Shown here: piece after piece, positions 1 to 8,466 of the stretch
Position numbering within the stretch: position 1 is the first letter of the stretch
Layout of the letters: each line of letters opens with the position of its first letter
DNA from: Micavibrio sp. UBA6212
GTDB lineage: Bacteria > Pseudomonadota > Alphaproteobacteria > Micavibrionales > Micavibrionaceae
DNA length: 64,000 nucleotides
Direction of reading: 5' to 3'
Assembly: GCA_002421905.1 (NCBI GenBank)
Contig: DISK01000014.1
Location: 37,628 to 101,627 of the forward strand
Translations under genes and position numbers: made by a program
Notes under the pieces: model-generated
Seen by the model: only the letters and a program-made list of their open reading frames with translations
Told to the model about the DNA's origin: nothing
The model's database searches: none

Positions 1-809
1 CTCAACGCAATCCACGAAAATTTTTCATCTTCATATCCCAACGTCGATCCTGATTTCAAACTCTTGTGCATTTTACTGCGCTCGACCCGAACCGAAAAAT
101 GACACCACCTGTTTTCTTCCTGACTTAACGGACATACACCATCTTGCGGGCAAGGGCCCGCCAGATACGCCCCATTCAGTCTTGGCAATAAACTCCGCAC
201 CCGCTCGATCACAGAAAAGCCGAGCGGCGTTCCCGTCTCAACAATCACCATAGTTCCCGAACATCTGTCCCAAAGATTGCGGATCGCATCACTCCAATGG
301 GATGAATTCAATTCATTGAGAACATAAGACGCCAGAACCAGATCATAAGTCCCATCCGGCAAGGATTTTTCCAATCCGGAGGGCGCCCACGAAATATCGG
401 CATCAATTTCCGGTGTGATGAATCTTGTTCCAACGTCTTTCAAATGAATGTTTGGCTCGACCAAGGTCAGATTTTGAAAATCCCAAAGTTGCGACGCCGC
501 AAAACTGGCCGTTCCGGGCCCCGCCCCGACATCCAGAACCGAAGCAGGTGCAAAATCCGGCACCAAATCCCGAACCAGTTCCAGAACGCGCATATTGGCT
601 GAAAAAGTCGCGGGCAACCGCGCCACCAGATAGGCCAGTGCTTCATCCGGAGTTTTTAACTGGAAATGGCGATTATTCCCCTTGCCCTCAATCCGGCGAT
701 ATCGCTCGGACATCTGCGCCGCAGCCCCCATAATGGTTGCAACGCGCCCGTTTTGCTGGACAGCGTCTTCGATGCAAGCGCGCAAAGCGTGTGGAAATTG
801 AGTTGCCAT
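1..809 (-). CDS. SAM-dependent methyltransferase, Rsm22-like (COG5459 type); the 3' end runs off the window
   Basis: Own minus-strand translation from the ATG (complement of 807-809): MATQFPHALRACIEDAVQQ...SVLDVGAGPGTASFAA (GxGxG SAM motif)...YDLVLASYVLNEL...CPQDGVCPL..WCHF. No stop before position 1. Absent from the ORF track because it is truncated. Confidence 0.6.
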   Translation of the reverse strand, partial: MATQFPHALRACIEDAVQQNGRVATIMGAAAQMSERYRRIEGKGNNRHFQLKTPDEALAYLVARLPATFSANMRVLELVRDLVPDFAPASVLDVGAGPGTASFAASQLWDFQNLTLVEPNIHLKDVGTRFITPEIDADISWAPSGLEKSLPDGTYDLVLASYVLNELNSSHWSDAIRNLWDRCSGTMVIVETGTPLGFSVIERVRSLLPRLNGAYLAGPCPQDGVCPLSQEENRWCHFSVRVERSKMHKSLKSGSTLGYEDEKFSWIAL

Positions 810-873
810 GCCTGTTTGTAGCGTTACGACAATCTCTTGGCAATGCCCCAGAATTAAGATATATCTCTTGCCC

Positions 874-1890
874 ATGATAAAAGCGGCCCCAGCAAAAAAA
901 ATCCCCCCTTCCAACCCGTTGGAAGATCTGGCGGTACGCCTTGCGCCCGATATGAAATCGGTCAATGCTCTCATTCTTGAACGCATGGTCTCCGAAGTCC
1001 CGCTCATCCCTCAACTGGCCGGATATTTGATCGCGGCGGGCGGCAAACGCATCCGCCCTTTGATGACACTGGCTTCGACCCGCCTTTTTGATGAAAAAAC
1101 TGACCGCCCGTTCCGTTTGGCGGCAGCCGTCGAATTTATTCATACCGCCACCCTGCTGCATGATGATGTGGTGGATGAGAGCGATCAGCGCCGTGGCCAA
1201 GCCTCGGCCAATGCCCTTTTTGGCAACCAATCCAGCGTACTGGTCGGGGATTTCCTGTTCTCGAAATCTTTTGAATTGATGGTCGAAGACGGCTCGATTG
1301 ACGTGTTGGGGATCTTGTCCAAAGCATCCGCCATTATTGCCGAAGGCGAAGTGCTGCAACTCTCTATCCAGAATGCGCTGGATACGAATATTAACCAATA
1401 TTTACAAGTCATTGCCGCAAAAACCGCCGCCCTGTTCGCGGCGGCGTGTGAAATCGGCCCCGTGATTACCGGACAATCCCCCGAGATTCGCCAATCCTTA
1501 CGCGATTACGGTCACCATGTCGGCATGGCCTTCCAGATCGCCGACGATGTGCTGGATTATCAATCAAGCGCGGCAGAACTCGGAAAATCCATCGGAGACG
1601 ACTTCAAAGAAGGCAAAATGACCGCACCGGTTATCTATGCGATAGAAGCAGCAAAAGCCGTAGATGACAAAGAATTCTGGGTCAGAACCTTCGAACAAAA
1701 AGACGTCACGCAAGACGATCTCGAACACGCGCAAAACCTGATCCGCGGTTCAGGCGCCGATCAAAAGACCCTTGACCTTGCTCAAAAACATACCCAACTT
1801 GCCCGTAACGCACTGAATTGCCTTCCAGAATCAGACCTGAAAAACACTCTTCTTGATCTGGCGCTTTTCGCACTGAACCGGAAGAGCTAA
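874..1890 (+). CDS. ispB: Polyprenyl (octaprenyl) diphosphate synthase
   Basis: Two DDxxD motifs (LLHDDVVDESDQRRG and FQIADDVLDY). Start moved to the internal ATG at 874 (MIKAAPAKK); the 808 start would overlap the divergent gene. Confidence 0.9.
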   Translation: MIKAAPAKKIPPSNPLEDLAVRLAPDMKSVNALILERMVSEVPLIPQLAGYLIAAGGKRIRPLMTLASTRLFDEKTDRPFRLAAAVEFIHTATLLHDDVVDESDQRRGQASANALFGNQSSVLVGDFLFSKSFELMVEDGSIDVLGILSKASAIIAEGEVLQLSIQNALDTNINQYLQVIAAKTAALFAAACEIGPVITGQSPEIRQSLRDYGHHVGMAFQIADDVLDYQSSAAELGKSIGDDFKEGKMTAPVIYAIEAAKAVDDKEFWVRTFEQKDVTQDDLEHAQNLIRGSGADQKTLDLAQKHTQLARNALNCLPESDLKNTLLDLALFALNRKS

Positions 1891-2005
1891 CCCCCTCTTC
1901 CACACCCAAGAACACCGACACTTTCATCTTATTGAAATAAAAGACAGATTGCCCACCGAAAGTCTGTGGAAAGTCCCTACAAATTATCCTAATTTTAACA
2001 CTATG

Positions 2006-2014
2006 TGCTATAAT
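2006..2014 (+). promoter_or_regulatory. Extended -10 promoter candidate (TGcTATAAT) for the prepilin-like operon
   Basis: tgctataat sits 24 nt upstream of the ATG at 2038. No convincing -35. Confidence 0.35.
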
Positions 2015-2037
2015 GTAGTGTGGGGAATTATGGTGCA

Positions 2038-3519
2038 ATGGGCGCAATGATAGCTAAAAACAAAAATTCACGATGTCGCAAAAACTCTTCCGGCGGTTTC
2101 TCGCTGATCGAAGTCGCAATCGCGCTAATTGTCATTGGTCTCCTAATGGCCGCAGTCCTGCAGACATACAATATGTATGCGATCGAGCAGGTGCGCCTTG
2201 AATCAAGATCGAAAGTTGAAACTGTCAAAACTGCTCTGTACAGATATATGTATCGCTACGGAAGATATCCTCTTCCTGCCCCACGAAACGCAGCAATGGG
2301 GAGTGCAGCCTTTGGCAGGGAAGTCACAGGTCCTGTAACAACATTGTGTTCTTCTGGGGCAGCAGCAGCTGGAGATGTTTGTGTAACCACAATAGGATCA
2401 GCCGATACATCAGCAGACGTGGACGCCTTACCAGACCCTGTTTTAATCGGAGATATTCCTTTTGCAACATTGGGGATACGATATGACAACACATTGGATC
2501 CTTGGGGAGGCAAGTTCACCTATGCTGTCACTGGAAATATGACATCAATGGGAAGCAGTGATAGCTGGGGAGCCATAGAAGTTCTGGATAAAGATGGAAA
2601 TAATGCGTTTTCTGTGGGGGCTCAACGCGCTCACTACTTTATAACCAGTGCTGGCCCTGACAGAAAAGGAGCCTTTGGGGTTGGGGGAACCGAAATAGCC
2701 GCCTGTACCGCTACTTCAGGAACAGATCAGGAAAACTGTGATAGAGACGGAACATTCAGATCAAATCAGGATCTCTCCTCGGTTGAAAAGCTGACACAAA
2801 TATACGATGGAGATAACGTATCACATTTTGACGACTTTGTTTATTACACAGATTCAACTGATGCGGGTATATGGACCAGATTGACGGCCACGACACCAGG
2901 CCAGATCGATATAGCGAACACCAATGCCCAGAACACAAAAATTGGAGCTTTTCCTACATCTGCTCCCGCGACATGCTCCGCTGAATGCACCCCCATCTGT
3001 ACAACAGCCAAAGCATCTTGTGATTCAGGTTGCGGTGGGGCTCCAGCATGTCTAGCGGCCTGCACCGCTGCAAAAACCAGTTGCGACAGCTCCTGTTCAA
3101 CAACGAATTGCAAATCTCTCCCACGTACAAAGGTTGATGTTGAAGGGTCGGTCAGGGCAAATCAGGTAAACACCAACAGATTATGCTATGACAACTCTAT
3201 AACGGGCTGTACTTCAAATTTGGCCGTTCCAATTCCATATGGAGTATTCACACCACGCACAGTCGGAGGAATCCCAACTACGGGAGCAGGAACAACCGTC
3301 GAAAACTCCCCAAACTATAGAAACAGGGGTGGGGGCATTCTTTGTAGGTCAAATATGGCCATGCGTGGAATGGGTACAGGTGAAGAGTTGTGCGCTTATA
3401 CGACATACTTTTCAAGTGCCGGCACTCTCGGTACTTCTTCTTGTGGGACAGGATACTATGCCAAAGGAATTAACTCGGACGGCACATTCTGTTGTTCAAA
3501 TGCCGCCTCATGCTATTAG
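2038..3519 (+). CDS. Large prepilin-type N-terminal cleavage/methylation domain protein (pseudopilin-like P1), Cys-rich C-terminus
   Basis: Basic leader, then GG|FSLIEVAIALIVIGLLMAAV (G-F-x-L-I-E plus hydrophobic helix). GspG-like DPWG..Y.V and SAGPDRKGAF motifs. 46-aa stretch with 10 Cys. ATG at 2038 chosen in frame with the track ORF 2020. Confidence 0.8.
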   Translation: MGAMIAKNKNSRCRKNSSGGFSLIEVAIALIVIGLLMAAVLQTYNMYAIEQVRLESRSKVETVKTALYRYMYRYGRYPLPAPRNAAMGSAAFGREVTGPVTTLCSSGAAAAGDVCVTTIGSADTSADVDALPDPVLIGDIPFATLGIRYDNTLDPWGGKFTYAVTGNMTSMGSSDSWGAIEVLDKDGNNAFSVGAQRAHYFITSAGPDRKGAFGVGGTEIAACTATSGTDQENCDRDGTFRSNQDLSSVEKLTQIYDGDNVSHFDDFVYYTDSTDAGIWTRLTATTPGQIDIANTNAQNTKIGAFPTSAPATCSAECTPICTTAKASCDSGCGGAPACLAACTAAKTSCDSSCSTTNCKSLPRTKVDVEGSVRANQVNTNRLCYDNSITGCTSNLAVPIPYGVFTPRTVGGIPTTGAGTTVENSPNYRNRGGGILCRSNMAMRGMGTGEELCAYTTYFSSAGTLGTSSCGTGYYAKGINSDGTFCCSNAASCY

Positions 3520-3526
3520 GGATAAC

Positions 3527-4843
3527 ATGACAAAAAACAACGATCGCAAAACACAAAAGATTACCCACGACAATAGGTCGCGCGAACAAGGGTTCACTTT
3601 GATTGAACTGTCAATTGTTATCCTGATCTTTGCAATCATGGTGACTCCATTGATCTCCCTATATGCCAGATATATCGAAGAAAAGAGAATCATAACGTCA
3701 AAAGAAATCCTATCAGACGCGAATACCAGACTCTCCACCTATTACACGAGAGGATCTTATCCTTGCCCTTCTGATCTTTCCAAGGGGTTAGGAGATCCTG
3801 ATATGGGAGTCGACTTTTGTGGGACAAGCTCTTTTGCGGCAGTCGCAGCAGCCATACCACTCAATACATGTATCAACGGGGGTGGCATTTGCCGTGTCGA
3901 GGGAACAAGAGACATGGATGGCGATGGGTTTAACGACCCTATCCTGATTGGCGGTGTCCCCTTTGCAACATTGGCAGCAAAACAGGAGGGCACAGTAGGA
4001 ATTGATGATGTTGCCAGAGATGCGTGGGGAAACATGCTTTTTTATGCAGTATCACAAAACCTAACAAACGCATCACATCCCGACTTGAACAGAATAGAAA
4101 ATGGTCTTGTGAACGACTACAGCTATGGAGTCATCGACGCAAAAGATGAATTTGGAAATGATACCAGTGGAATGAATGGTGATTCCCAATTTCTGGTTTT
4201 TTCACCAGGCCCTAACCAGATCGGCGCATTCACAATTTCTGGCGCAATATCCTTACCTTGTGACACAACAACAACGGAAGGTGAAAATTGTGATCAGGAT
4301 GGGGTTTTTGTATCAGCATTAGGAAACTATGATGCAAATACAGCAGCACGATATGATGACTTAATTCACTTCAATAAAATCCCCACTGGTGACCTATGGG
4401 GATATATCCTCAATACATCTACAGGAACAACAACAGCAAGCATCAAAAACCATAATGTGGGAAATGTGGGTATTTTAACAACGACCCCACAAGCAAAGCT
4501 TGATGTAAACGGTACGTTATCCACGCCATCCATTTTGGCCAACACATACTGTAAACCTAGTGGGGCTGGAGTCACAGGATGCCTCCCTCTGGATTTCTTC
4601 TGGTACTCCTATACATCTCCAACACTCAAATCCACCCCATCAGGCAGTATATTCATTAAAAACACCTGCTCACAAAGTTACGAAGCCATAACTTCCATCA
4701 AGAACGGACAAGTCACCTGCGCCAAAGTCTCCGCACCCCCCGCGCCAACAGGGCCAAAAGAATGTGACTCTGGATACTACATGACCGGAGTTAGAACAGA
4801 TGGATGTATATATTGTTCAGGAGGAACCAGTCCGAAATGTTAA
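3527..4843 (+). CDS. Large prepilin-type N-terminal domain protein (pseudopilin-like P2)
   Basis: MTKNNDRKTQKITHDNRSREQG|FTLIELSIVILIFAIMV. Shares its core with P1 and P3 (DPILIGGVPFATL, DAWGNMLFYAVS, SPGPNQIGAF, ENCDQDGVF). Start at the internal ATG 3527 (aggg RBS); the longer track ORF overlaps P1. Confidence 0.8.
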   Translation: MTKNNDRKTQKITHDNRSREQGFTLIELSIVILIFAIMVTPLISLYARYIEEKRIITSKEILSDANTRLSTYYTRGSYPCPSDLSKGLGDPDMGVDFCGTSSFAAVAAAIPLNTCINGGGICRVEGTRDMDGDGFNDPILIGGVPFATLAAKQEGTVGIDDVARDAWGNMLFYAVSQNLTNASHPDLNRIENGLVNDYSYGVIDAKDEFGNDTSGMNGDSQFLVFSPGPNQIGAFTISGAISLPCDTTTTEGENCDQDGVFVSALGNYDANTAARYDDLIHFNKIPTGDLWGYILNTSTGTTTASIKNHNVGNVGILTTTPQAKLDVNGTLSTPSILANTYCKPSGAGVTGCLPLDFFWYSYTSPTLKSTPSGSIFIKNTCSQSYEAITSIKNGQVTCAKVSAPPAPTGPKECDSGYYMTGVRTDGCIYCSGGTSPKC

Positions 4844-7260
4844 ATTTATTTAAGAAAAATACTTGTTTCATTTCAAGAAAACCCTGTTCCGAGAGTGGCT
4901 ATAGCCTGATCTCCGTGGCTATCAGTCTGATCATTCTAGGTTTGGTATTTGCAGCAGGTCTGACAGCCTATGGCACATATATGGAGAAACAACGTATAGA
5001 GATAACAGAGAACAATGTGAGGGAAGCCATTTCCGAGATTGAGACTTTTCGTGAAGTCAAAGGAAGATACCCATGCCCATCATCCCTCACAGCAACACGA
5101 AACCTGCCCACATATGGACAAGAAAATGAAGCTGACTGCATTAATGCCGGCCCTGCTATCCCTGCAGGGTCCTGCGTAAACGGTGTCTGTGTCGTAAGCA
5201 GCGAGGCAAGTCGAATAGGTATAGCCCCAACAGTAAGAATAGGGGCTCTTCCTTTCCGAGCACTTCAAATGGATGAGAAGAAAACTTATGATGCCTATGG
5301 ATCTCGCCTGCTTTACGCAGTCACTGAAAGACAAGCCGTTGAAAGTACCTTCTCGGAGACGTCAGGTGGTATTGATATCATTGACGAGAATGGAAATAGC
5401 GTTCTGAACCCTATCGGTAGCGGTAATTTTGTTGTATTGAGCCATGGGCCCAACAAAGTTGGAGCATTTACCAACGGAGGGGCTCAAAGTATAGCCTGCC
5501 CAACGCTTGGGACAAGCCTTGAAGCCAACAACTGTGTTGATTTAGCTTCTCCCCCACCCAATGCGATCTTTAGATCAAGTTTTGCAGCTCTTGCCGGGGG
5601 TGCAACACAATTTGATGACACTATCGACTATTTTTCCACCCTCTTTGATCCGACTTGGAAAAGAATATCATCTAGCCCCAACGATATTCAGGCACTGACA
5701 ACCAATAATCTTGGAGCAGGTGTTTCTTCACCATCAGAGACCATAGAAATTGGTCAGAATGTTAGCACTGCTGCTGGATATGGTGTCGGAAGAACCTGGG
5801 ATGGTGGATTGCGTGTTTCAAGTAGCACTGCTGGCACAAGTCTGCAAGCCAATAAATTCTGCCAACAAAATGGTGCCGATTGTTTTGACATTGAGGATTT
5901 TTCAGGACCAACGGGGATAGAGTGCACAAACCCCGGGGAATATATGGTTGGAATTGAAGGGAACGGTTCAAACGCTACCGCGAAATGTGCCCCTGTCATG
6001 GTTCAATGTCCTACCGGACAAGTTTTGACAGGTGTCAATGCAACAACTGGGGCACCTCTTTGTTCAGCGGCATACACAAACTGTAATGCCGAAAATGTTC
6101 AAATTTGTAATACATCAGGAAATTACGACCCCAAAAGCAGTAATCAGGCTCAAACAAACGCGATTCCTATTTTGAGCGGTGTCCACAACGAGTACAGAAA
6201 TTTGACTGACACAACCCCTTATACTTTTGCCGCAAATCCAAAAGTAGCGAGATTTCGCTGCGATAATGGAATATGGAAATACTATTCCAACATATCCGGA
6301 TTCTGTGGAAACAACTGTACCCCCCCACCTTGGGCTGGCCCTCCAGCTTACACCGGCACCACAAGTTCTACTTCAACAGTTGCATGTAGTGGGGCTCTGG
6401 GAGGCTACGGAGAAACAACAACAAGAACAACAACTTGCTCATTTGTTATCGCAAGCTGTTCGACAAATTGTACGAATGCAGATGGTCCTTGTAACTGCGC
6501 ATCCTACTTCCCCGTCGATGTAAATGGGGATCCCACAACAGGAATATCTGGAAACCCTCCTCCTCCTAAACCTGCGGATATATTAAGCTCGTGTCCTGCA
6601 GGATATAACAGCGGTAGCCTGACTACCTCCCATGTATGGGATAAAACTGATGCCGTTTGTAACTGGAAACTGGGGCCAACTGCAAACACATGCTCGTGTA
6701 ATGCTACCCTTGCTGGCGCGGCACCCACCACAGATCCTGGGAAAGACTGTAATGATCTGATAGTGGGAACATCAGGCCATGCCGATGCTGTTTGGGCATT
6801 TGACTCAACCGCTGGGCAATGTAAATGGAAAGTCACCGGTTACGATACAAGTAGTTGCTCGTGTGATACAACCACAGAACATATATCAACCACACCGCAT
6901 GCCCCGACATGCAATACAGCTTGCGATACAGAAACAACACCAGCCGTATGGGCCTACAAATATATCCTGAGTGGTGGTGTTTGCGTAAAAGACACCGAGT
7001 ACATTAAAACCCCTGCTGTATGTGGTGCTAAGTCCTTCTCTTGGACAGCAATCACATACGTAGACAGTAACGCATCGCTACCATCTGGTATGAAACAATG
7101 TGGAACCAGCTGTAGAACATCTCCTGTAACTCCCCCAGTAACAACACCTCCATATGCTGTTGTTGGAAGTTCTGCGTGTCCTGAGCTGGGTTCAACGGAC
7201 GCATGCTGGAAAGCAGAAGGCGTTTATAAAACATACAATGCCAAATGTCAGGTAAACTAA
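4837..7260 (+). CDS. Giant prepilin-like protein (P3, about 807 aa) with a non-canonical Y+1/S+5 N-terminus and a Cys-rich repeat tail
   Basis: MLNLFKKNTCFISRKPCSESG|YSLISVAISLIILGLVFAAG. Core motifs RIGALPFRAL, DAYGSRLLYAVT, SHGPNKVGAF. The ATG overlaps the P2 stop (ATGTTAA). AGGAGG lies 12 nt upstream. The alternative start at 4804 cannot be excluded. Confidence 0.7.
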   Translation: MLNLFKKNTCFISRKPCSESGYSLISVAISLIILGLVFAAGLTAYGTYMEKQRIEITENNVREAISEIETFREVKGRYPCPSSLTATRNLPTYGQENEADCINAGPAIPAGSCVNGVCVVSSEASRIGIAPTVRIGALPFRALQMDEKKTYDAYGSRLLYAVTERQAVESTFSETSGGIDIIDENGNSVLNPIGSGNFVVLSHGPNKVGAFTNGGAQSIACPTLGTSLEANNCVDLASPPPNAIFRSSFAALAGGATQFDDTIDYFSTLFDPTWKRISSSPNDIQALTTNNLGAGVSSPSETIEIGQNVSTAAGYGVGRTWDGGLRVSSSTAGTSLQANKFCQQNGADCFDIEDFSGPTGIECTNPGEYMVGIEGNGSNATAKCAPVMVQCPTGQVLTGVNATTGAPLCSAAYTNCNAENVQICNTSGNYDPKSSNQAQTNAIPILSGVHNEYRNLTDTTPYTFAANPKVARFRCDNGIWKYYSNISGFCGNNCTPPPWAGPPAYTGTTSSTSTVACSGALGGYGETTTRTTTCSFVIASCSTNCTNADGPCNCASYFPVDVNGDPTTGISGNPPPPKPADILSSCPAGYNSGSLTTSHVWDKTDAVCNWKLGPTANTCSCNATLAGAAPTTDPGKDCNDLIVGTSGHADAVWAFDSTAGQCKWKVTGYDTSSCSCDTTTEHISTTPHAPTCNTACDTETTPAVWAYKYILSGGVCVKDTEYIKTPAVCGAKSFSWTAITYVDSNASLPSGMKQCGTSCRTSPVTPPVTTPPYAVVGSSACPELGSTDACWKAEGVYKTYNAKCQVN

Positions 7261-7281
7261 TATTGTAGAATTAAGGCTTTT

Positions 7282-7312
7282 GAGCAGCCTCCAAAAGAGG
7301 CTGCTCTTTTTT
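7282..7312 (+). terminator. Rho-independent terminator closing the prepilin-like operon
   Basis: Perfect 10-bp stem GAGCAGCCTC/GAGGCTGCTC, loop caaaa, followed by TTTTTT. Confidence 0.85.
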
Positions 7313-7351
7313 ATATTGCCATTCATATAAACTCCATATATCTGATACCCC

Positions 7352-7957
7352 ATGGATATGATCACATTTTTGAAGACAATTGGCTATGTCGGGACGTGGG
7401 CCGCTTTGTTCAGCGAAGGGGCTTTTTTCTTTGGCATCTTTTTGCCCGGCGACAGCCTGCTCTTCCCGATCGGCATTCTGGCCGGACAAGGCATTTTTAA
7501 TCTCTGGATTATGTTACCCGGATGTTTTCTGGCTGCTTTTCTGGGCAATCTGGTCGGCTATGAAATCGGCAAGCGTTGGGGGCCAAAACTTCTGACCACC
7601 AAATACGCCTCCCGCCTTGTTAAAGACCATCACGTGAAGACCTGCGAAGATTTTTTCGAAAAATATGGCGCGTTCACCGTTGTCATCTCGCGCTTTATTC
7701 ATTTTGCGCGCACGCTGGTTCCATTTATGGCGGGAATGACCCGCATGGATTACAAACTATTTGTGGCTTATTCTGCCCTAGGCGCGGCAGTCTGGGCGGC
7801 GGGTGTTCCCCTGCTGGGATATTTTGTGGGCGAACTCATTCCCGAAGGCAGCATCGACAAATATCTCTTGCCCTTTATCGGGGCCCTGATTTTGATTGTG
7901 GCTTCTCCGGCGATTATCTCGGTGATCAAGCGCCGTTATTTTTCAAAAAACGTTTGA
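7352..7957 (+). CDS. DedA family inner membrane protein
   Basis: FLPGDSLLFPIGILAG...GYEIGKRWG...VVISRFIHFARTLVPFMAGMTRM pattern, typical of DedA/SNARE-associated proteins. Confidence 0.8.
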   Translation: MDMITFLKTIGYVGTWAALFSEGAFFFGIFLPGDSLLFPIGILAGQGIFNLWIMLPGCFLAAFLGNLVGYEIGKRWGPKLLTTKYASRLVKDHHVKTCEDFFEKYGAFTVVISRFIHFARTLVPFMAGMTRMDYKLFVAYSALGAAVWAAGVPLLGYFVGELIPEGSIDKYLLPFIGALILIVASPAIISVIKRRYFSKNV

Positions 7958-8372
7958 ACGCCGTCAACGTCTTGGCGCTGACGTGATGCTCGACCCCTTC
8001 GGCATCCAGATGTGCGGTTTGCTCGTCAATACCCAGGGCGCATAGGAAACGGAACACGATATCATGTCTCTCTTTGCATTCTTTGGCCAGACGCTCTCCT
8101 TCTTCGGTCAAGAATAAAGACCGATAAGGCCGATTGGTCACAAACCCCTCGCGGTTCAAACGTCCGATAATCTTATTAACCGTGGCGTGCGATATGCCAA
8201 AATTTTCGGCCAGATCGACTACCCGCGCCTCGCCGCGCTCGGCAATCAGATCTGCAATCATCTCGACATAATCTTCCGCTGTCTCGCTCTGATGGGCTTT
8301 GCGGACATATTCAAACGCGGCGGCTCTGGCTGCGACTTGATCCGATTCAACTATTCTGGGTTTTCTGGTCAT
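7926..8372 (-). CDS. mntR: DtxR/MntR-family manganese-dependent transcriptional repressor
   Basis: AEDYVEMIADLI..GEARVVDLAENFGISHATVNKIIGRL..EGFV...PYRSLFLTEEGERLA; divergent from mntH. Confidence 0.8.
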   Translation of the reverse strand: MTRKPRIVESDQVAARAAAFEYVRKAHQSETAEDYVEMIADLIAERGEARVVDLAENFGISHATVNKIIGRLNREGFVTNRPYRSLFLTEEGERLAKECKERHDIVFRFLCALGIDEQTAHLDAEGVEHHVSAKTLTAFKRFLKNNGA

Positions 8373-8410
8373 GGGGACATCATGGTATTTTTTTGATCTC
8401 TTGTCAATTT

Positions 8411-8440
8411 TGTTGCCTAAGCTACATTTTGCAGTATAAT
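8411..8440 (+). promoter_or_regulatory. Candidate MntR operator overlapping an mntH promoter (TTGCCT-16-TATAAT)
   Basis: Imperfect palindrome TGTTGCCTAAGCTACA (8411-8426, 12 of 16 self-complementary). Its core TAGC-N4-GGCA resembles the E. coli MntR box as I remember it. TATAAT at 8435-8440. Confidence 0.4.
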
Positions 8441-8466
8441 ATAAAAAATAAAGGATTCACTAAATC

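Noticed and set aside
688-1398. 236-aa minus-strand ORF overlapping ispB.
   Set aside because: It is antisense to a gene with unmistakable polyprenyl synthase motifs. Its product is Arg/Gly/His-rich, typical of shadow ORFs. The real minus-strand gene (Rsm22-like) ends its 5' part at 809.
2038-7260. Interpreting the three prepilin-like genes as part of a complete T2SS or type IV pilus locus.
   Set aside because: No GspE/PilB ATPase, GspF/PilC platform, secretin or prepilin peptidase gene occurs anywhere in the 64 kb. The operon is delimited by its own promoter-like sequence and terminator.
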